64,000 bases of DNA from Trichoplax adhaerens (lineage: Eukaryota; Animalia; Placozoa). A program made the position numbers and the translations under genes. How positions within the stretch are numbered: the stretch's first letter is position 1; each line of letters opens with the position of its first letter. Location: assembly GCF_000150275.1 (NCBI RefSeq), contig NW_002060943.1, positions 5,476,008 to 5,540,007 on the forward strand, given 5' to 3'. Under the pieces are notes generated by a model. That model ran no database searches. It saw only the letters and a list, made by a program, of their open reading frames with translations, and was not told the origin of the DNA. Below are positions 57,002 to 64,000 of this stretch, piece after piece.

Positions 57002-58787
57002 ATGGAGATCATCTCGCCTGAAGGTAGGACTGATTGCATTACATCCTGTTACAGTGATGACTATAAATTATGGGAAAAATTCAATGGTTAATTCCTAGTA
57101 AAATGTCGAAATTGAGTAGGGAAGATTCAATGGTGTGCTCTATTTGTTGAATGCGTCATGGGTAGCAAATGCAACTCGATTTACCGTTGGTAATCTATCA
57201 ATGGATTTACTAGCATGATGGATCGGTTTTAGTGTTAGTTTAAAGTGGATCGACAGAGTACATTGCTTGACTCAAATAGTCTTTGATGTCGTTGTCATTG
57301 GGTATCGTTAAATTGTCGGCTGTTGCTATCATAGGTGTACAGTGATTGATGAGATATTCTTGGACTGTTGTAGGCTTGAGAATTGATGGTAGGCGTCCAG
57401 AAGAAATTCGTCGATTTAATTGTCGGTTAGGTGTATTATCGAGAGCTGATGGTTCAGCTTACTTAGAACAAGGCAACACAAAAGCCCTGGCTTCCATCAA
57501 CGGCCCACACCAAGTATGTTGAATCTTGGACATTGATTGATAGTTGGAAATTGTTCTATATATCCATGAAAAAGCTTTTATCATCCTCGATGCCTTTCAA
57601 ATAAGAATCCTTTTTTTCGATCTTCAATGGGTTACTTTAGGCAGGTGATAAAGCCAAAATCAAGCATGATCGTGTCCATATCAATTTTCAATACAGTATG
57701 GCTACGTTCAGTACTAATGAAAGACGGAATCGTCCTAAAGGCGATAAGTATGTGCCAGCCTTATAGCTGAAACTTGTCCAGGGAATAATAATTGACTCAG
57801 TCGCATACTTTGTGATAAAGATTATTGCATCGGCTGTGGGAAATATTGAAGAAATCGATCAATTAATAATATTTTTATATCATTTTTAACGTAGGCGTTC
57901 AATAGATATTTCTCAGCTTATGCGTGAAATTTTTCAGTCAGCGATACTCACAGATTTATATCCTAAATCGCAGATTGATATTCATGTACAAATATTGCAA
58001 GCTGATGGAGGTACGCTCTAAGAATTATTATTGAATAGTAAGGAGTAAAATGTTCTGGAAATGCGTTATTAATTTCACGACAATAGTATACATTTTATAG
58101 TATTGATACAGAGCTAATGGGGTAATAAAGTAGGATACACCACTGTACAATGAAGATTTCTTGCATTCCTATATAGAATAGCTTATTAGAATGTTTCACT
58201 GATGTCATTTATACTTCAATAGGGAACTATAGTGCTTGCATAAATGCGGCAACATTAGCATTAATGGACGCTGGCGTCCCAATGAAAGACTTTATTTGCT
58301 CCTGTACAGCTAGCCTTGTAGATAGTAAAACTATTATAGGTAAGCAGATGAAAAACAACATCACATGCCTAGTCCTCAAATTTGTGTATAATAACAATAT
58401 AAACACAAAATAATATTGCAGTTGAACCATTTATCATCTACAAAGTTGATGCTCAATGATGATGTTTTATCTTTTCCATATAGATGTAAATAATTCTGAA
58501 GAATTGCATTTTAGTAATCCTTTATTGACACTAGCTATCTTACCCACATCTGAAGAAATCATTCTTTGTCAGGTAAGAAATACAGATTAGGATATCTTTA
58601 GCAGCTTTAGTGGTATTTGTACTAAGTAACACTACCAAATCAATAGATGAAATCTAGGCTGCATGCTGATCATTTAGAAGATATTTTGAAGGCTGGCATA
58701 AAAGGCTGTAAAGATATTTACGAGATAATGCATCGGGAAGTGCTAAATCATGTTCGGGAAGCTGCTGCGGTTATGAATGCAACGTGA
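57002..58787 (+). CDS. EXOSC4: Exosome complex component RRP41 (RNase PH-like)
   Basis: MEIISPEGLRIDGRRPEEIR..SRADGSAYLEQGNTK, QYSMATFSTNER, YPKSQIDIHVQILQADGGNYSACINAATLALMDAGVPMKD. Stop TGA at 58785-58787. Confidence 0.96.
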
Positions 58788-61700
58788 TGATGGAGAATGG
58801 AGACTTATTATTAATATAGTCTTAACGTGTAGATTTACCAAATAAAGTATCACTGTTTTTCATCTCAGTTATTAACCAACGTTGTTGGCTTACTTGCCCT
58901 CTTCAATCATTGACAGTGTGGTCTGATAAAACGAAACTTAAATTCACTTGCAAGAAATAGTTCTTGTTTATCAGCATAATATGGACTATTATCGAGTATA
59001 CATTCAATATTGCCAATATATGACTGATAGTAATATTTGCATAACAAAAATCAGTCAGAGAGAGAGCTGTCGTCTCGTAACATTGATGACATGTTCGTTG
59101 TATCTAGGCTTTCGGACATTGGCCGTAATACATACAAATGCTGCCAATCTTTCATGGTTCATTTCATCCTAATGCCGGCACATGACACAAGATACGGATA
59201 ATGTAGAACATGATTATTTTATTTTTTAATGTTTCGGAAAACACGCTTTTAAGGCTTCAGTTGATTTTCTTTGTAGGCAAATCTCTAACTTGATTAGTAC
59301 AGTTAAGTATTAAATATAAAGGAAACTAGTAAACAGAAATTATAATGGATAGCTTTGTTGTTAGATGCAACCCAAGAATGAAGTACGAGTATGTTGAGTA
59401 ATGCTCTATATCAAAGATGCAGAAATGTCGCGAGCGGAAACGTATAACAATTATTTTACAATGTATTAAAGAAAAGATGCATGATTAATTTACAAGATTT
59501 GATTATAATTTTTAGAATCGCCAGGGTTACTACCGTACATACAAACATACGGCAGGCTTCTAATTGTAATAGAGAGATACTGATGCAAGATGCAAGAATC
59601 AGACATTAGAAAGATACTTTCCCATCAGATACGTATAATACGTCTTCCCGGATTTCTATTTATGATCGAACAGTGATATTTAAACTCCAGGTTATTTGTC
59701 GAGAGTCTTAAGGCTGAAAAATAAGTGTTATTATGATTGGATAACGAAGTTTAATCTCCAGTTAATCTACTAAATCTTGCAGCTGAAAACCAGTATTGCT
59801 ATAACCAAAGTCCAATCTCCTCTTTATTCAATACATTGATTAATTATCGCATTATTAGGCTCTATTTACTATACGTGATCCGAAATATTACTTTTAACCG
59901 AAAATTATGTATAGGATATAAGAGTCAGTCATGACTGCCATTTTGCAACTGACAACTTACAGTGGGTTACTGTAATAATGGTATTTATTTTAGTTCTAAT
60001 AGAGAATTTCACTGTAGAGCTCCTCTAAGAATGAATTCATATATGCTATTGAAAGTTGCGACTCTGATTGTGATTGTGTTGTATGAATGAACTAGAACAT
60101 CAAAATCAATTTAACAGGAAGAAAAATACAAATAGCTGACAATAGATTACGAAGGGATTGCAATAAGTTAAGTCGAGATTTCCTGTGTAAAATAAGAGCA
60201 ATTATCAATTACTATTATTGAGAATTTGTCGACCTTTCTATGACCTGAATTCTGTATTGATAAATTACTTGTATATTCAGTCCGCCTGTAAGATACTGTA
60301 ACAGGATGTTATCAATTTTATTTGAATGGTTTACAAAGAATTGTTTCTTTAAACGACTAAGCCTATATCGAACATTAAATATTTCCCACGACCGATTACT
60401 AGGCTATTTTGATTTGGAAGTTGCTACAGTGCCGTTGCTATGCAGTTATAAATCGGTGCATGTGACTAATAAGATACAGAATCTGTTGCCCGATGTAGAA
60501 ACAATCTATCAGCGAATTGATTGTTAAATTAGCGAAATTCGATCTATAGATGATTTAGTATCCATAACAACTACTAGATAATGAACGATATTATGATTGA
60601 TATTAAGAGAATAAATAGGTGGTTTTATCCATTTGTATTGCATTAAAAGCATCAAAAATGTTATTTTGAAAAACATTGGAAATGGATACAACTATGCAGA
60701 AGTAGCTTGATCTACTCACTAAGCCTTTTAGTAATCATTGGCTATGTATAGCAAACTTTATAAGCAAAGAGATTCGATTGCCTCATGTTAACCTAATTTA
60801 ATTCACTTCTAAACTGAATGATTTATCTTTCAAACTACCGGTACTTATGAATTATTAGATCAATCTAATATAAATTTGGCAACTTTAACAATCTTTAACA
60901 TGGAACTATAATATCTTTTTTCGCCTTTGTTAATGCATAAGTGCATCTTATTCACAGATCTTTAAGATCGCTTGAACAATTAATATCGACGTATATCTAG
61001 CGCCATTATCAATCATAATTAACATCAATTGCGTATTAATTGTTGTAACATGTTTCTATTTCTAAATTCCGCAGATTCTAGCTGTGCTTTTCTAACTATA
61101 TTGCTTTTGTAGACATAATGCTTTTATTGTAACTACCCCAACCAACAATAGATAGAAGTACTTCCGTATAATGCTATAGTTTACTGTGTTATTAAAATTC
61201 TTGAGAAAAAGATAAATAAAACTTAGTTTATGAAGGTAAATGTTATCTATAATTTCCAAGAATACAAATAATGTTATCCATGATTGCAAAGAATACAAAT
61301 AAAGGTTTAATGTGGCCTTAAATTTGTCAATTAATAAGGCTGCGTTGTTTTGCTGGGTAATATCGCTGTCTCATTGGATTGATGCTGGCTAAGAATATTA
61401 ACAGCTCTGTAGTCTATAAATAAATAGCTTTAATTATTTGAGGTAAATTATAAATGAAACAGTGCCATTCCTAAGTAGTTACTAGTACATCTCAATATAA
61501 TTATTTTTAACAGCATTAAGACAAACGTTTCTTAACTCAGTACGGTAGACTATATGTAACATATTATTTTTGCATTGCTATTGTCACGAACAATGTTGAT
61601 AGTCTAAAGGAAAGTAAATTTGTAGAACAATTGCTTTACCTATGATGTACTTCAGATAGACTGCCACGAATTACGGAGTATCTTAGCCGCTTATTTCCTA

Positions 61701-62624
61701 TTATGTAGCACTTAATTTTTAGGTTGACGACAGACTAAACATTGCCATTTGAAATAGGAATAATGCAATTTCGTGATATTGCAATTTAATTTAATTACGA
61801 TTACATTTTACCCAGGCTATATAATATATATCATTGCTGAATTCAAGTTCAATTCTAATATTTTTTATTTCTAAACGATGTTAAATCTAATTTAATATCG
61901 TTTCTGCGAAAGGTGCTTCAATAAGTTAAATGCAATTAATTTACTGTTCAGGCTGTTTCGGCCTATAATGGCGATTAGATATGTGGAGAAACGTTTTTTA
62001 AAACTCTAATCTGGGAGCATCTTCTCCATCGAAAGTAATTTATTGTCTTAATTACATTCATAAGAATTATATTTTTAATGATGAACCCAATCATAATTAT
62101 CCTTTTGTTCTTAGAATCAACAAGCTAATTGCTATTTCGGATCTAAAATAATCTAAATTACTTTTCGTATATAAAGCTGGAAGTGAGTTGACTGTAGCCA
62201 AAAACAATCAATGCAGATCCATGACGGCTGTTGGCAGGTTAGGTTACATTGGTACTTGTTACTCTGTTGTATCTATTTTTCATTAGCTATTTTGCTTGAT
62301 AAATGAACATAAATCCTGCTACAAGAGAGTTATAATTTTTATTTCAGTTTATCATTAACGTACGTTTTCATCAATATCGCCTTCTAAATTTGACAGTGGG
62401 TACTTTGATTTTACAGCATTATTAGATGATGTAGTGAATTACGTTTCCTTGTATACAGTAGAATACATAAAACTAATTCGTCATGTTTTAACAACAAACG
62501 ATGTCTACAATGTCGTTATAATATCCGATTAATTTCAGTAAATAATATATATTTATTATTTATAAACTAGGAAAATGATCAATTCTCCAATACTCAGCCC
62601 CTGTTGTCTTTAAGTTCTCCACAT

Positions 62625-62963
62625 ATGAAATTTCCTTCCACATTTACATATCAGTATTCTAATTTTAGCGATAGAAGCGATCAAGTCATCTTGTTTAATT
62701 TTAATTCACTGAATGATTTATGACAATCTTGAAGATAATTGCTACCAAAGTTTATTCTTAACCGTGGTGAGCTATTAATAGTGGTATGGCATTTTCTGAG
62801 CATGAAATTTCCCTCCATATTCATATATCAGTATTGTCATTTAGCGATAGAGCACGATCAAGTCATCTTATTTAACTCTCTAAATGACTTATTACAAATC
62901 TTAAAGATAATTGCTACCAAAGTTTATTCTCTAACCATGAGTAACTATTAATGATAGCATGGC
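62625..62963. repeat. Two-copy diverged tandem duplication (about 177-bp period)
   Basis: atgaaattt..tatcagtatt..ttagcgataga..cgatcaagtcatctt..aagataattgctaccaaagtttattct..ctattaat..atggc at about 62625-62790 and 62802-62963. Confidence 0.88.
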
Positions 62964-63176
62964 GTAGCCATCTATCAATTGGATTCGTCATCGTTAGTTT
63001 ATCTTAGGTACTCATTGATGACAAAAATGATGGCCTTCTCGGTGAATAATAAAATAGACTTTGATTTTCTTTATCCTTTACCATCAAGCAGTTCTTCCCA
63101 TTGTATAATTTTCACGCATTTAATTGGTTCAATTTTAAGATATTTATATTCTAGAATACTTTTTAAATCAATATTG

Positions 63177-63395
63177 TCATTTCCTAGCCTGACTTGATTG
63201 ACAATATTCATGAAATTGCATTCCCTTATATATGTATAATTTCATCGGCGTGCCCTGAACCAATCTATTTGCAGGAAGATGGTTTCTATAGTAAGGCTCC
63301 GATGTTAAATAATAAGATGGCGGCACCAGTCCGAATGGGAATATAGTAGTGGTGCCAAAGTTATCACTCTTAGGCGCTAGGATAATCAAGTGCTG
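63177..63395 (-). CDS. Possible terminal exon of an unidentified gene
   Basis: A pyrimidine-rich acceptor (ttttatatcctctatag) precedes about 72 open codons with higher GC than the flanks. No family recognised. Confidence 0.25.
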   Translation of the reverse strand, partial: QHLIILAPKSDNFGTTTIFPFGLVPPSYYLTSEPYYRNHLPANRLVQGTPMKLYIYKGMQFHEYCQSSQARK

Positions 63396-64000
63396 CTATA
63401 GAGGATATAAAAGGCTGGCTCATTTTGGACAGAATCAGTTGATAATCTGCGATCTAACTGTTTACAGCTACATAATCTGAGTTTACTACCGTAATATTCC
63501 ACAATAATTTTATGTAATAAACTATTTTAACCAATAGATTTAGGAAAGAGTGATTGACAGCTTGAGTAGGGATAGAGATTGTACTTTATTACATTATCTT
63601 AATTTGATGAGTAATATTATTCAACATTTTCGTAGAGTGGAAAAATCTATGGAATGTTGATGCCGCGGGTAGTGCTGCAAATATTGACCAATAATTTTTC
63701 TTTCAGGAAATCGAACTGAAAGCTTAATTAAAGTCTAAACACTACCTTAGGCGATAAAATTGTTAGGCCTTAAGTATTGTAAATCGTTCACTTTGATAAT
63801 ATTGCCTTGAGATCATCATATTAGGATTTAGTACATCACTAAATTTCAAATTATACTTAGTTGACATTGGTAGCTAAGTGCAAAATAAAGTATGGCCTAG
63901 CAACACAAATTGGTTATTTTTAACCGATAATCTAATTACTATCGTAATGGCTGCTACTTTCGCTAAAGCTTAGTCCATATTACAATGCAAAGACTGATTA

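Overview
AT-rich, intron-dense animal genomic DNA with short GT-AG introns; the organism is inferred to be a placozoan (Trichoplax-like) from the gene set and the abundant ACAGT pentamer. Eleven genes were assembled by hand. In order: an EGF-domain receptor tyrosine kinase (5' end outside the window), PSMD2/Rpn1, an intronless GID8, an SLC37A4-like MFS transporter, RFWD3, TRDMT1/DNMT2, PAXIP1/PTIP, SF3A2, a class-A GPCR, a CRD-less Smoothened/Frizzled-like 7TM receptor and EXOSC4. The most striking unexplained structure is a set of islands built from the grammar TA-(CAG|CTG|CAGTG|CACTG)-TA, which sit upstream of the housekeeping genes. They parse as stacked Tc1/mariner-type excision footprints (a hypothesis), and several contain GC-rich hairpins or a MITE. 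Other highlights: two candidate U12 (minor spliceosome) introns in PAXIP1, a SIM-like motif and uORFs on RFWD3, and a 98-bp tandem repeat with a covarying hairpin. No tRNA, rRNA, CRISPR array or transposase ORF was recognised. All gene models were read by eye and are not verified computationally.
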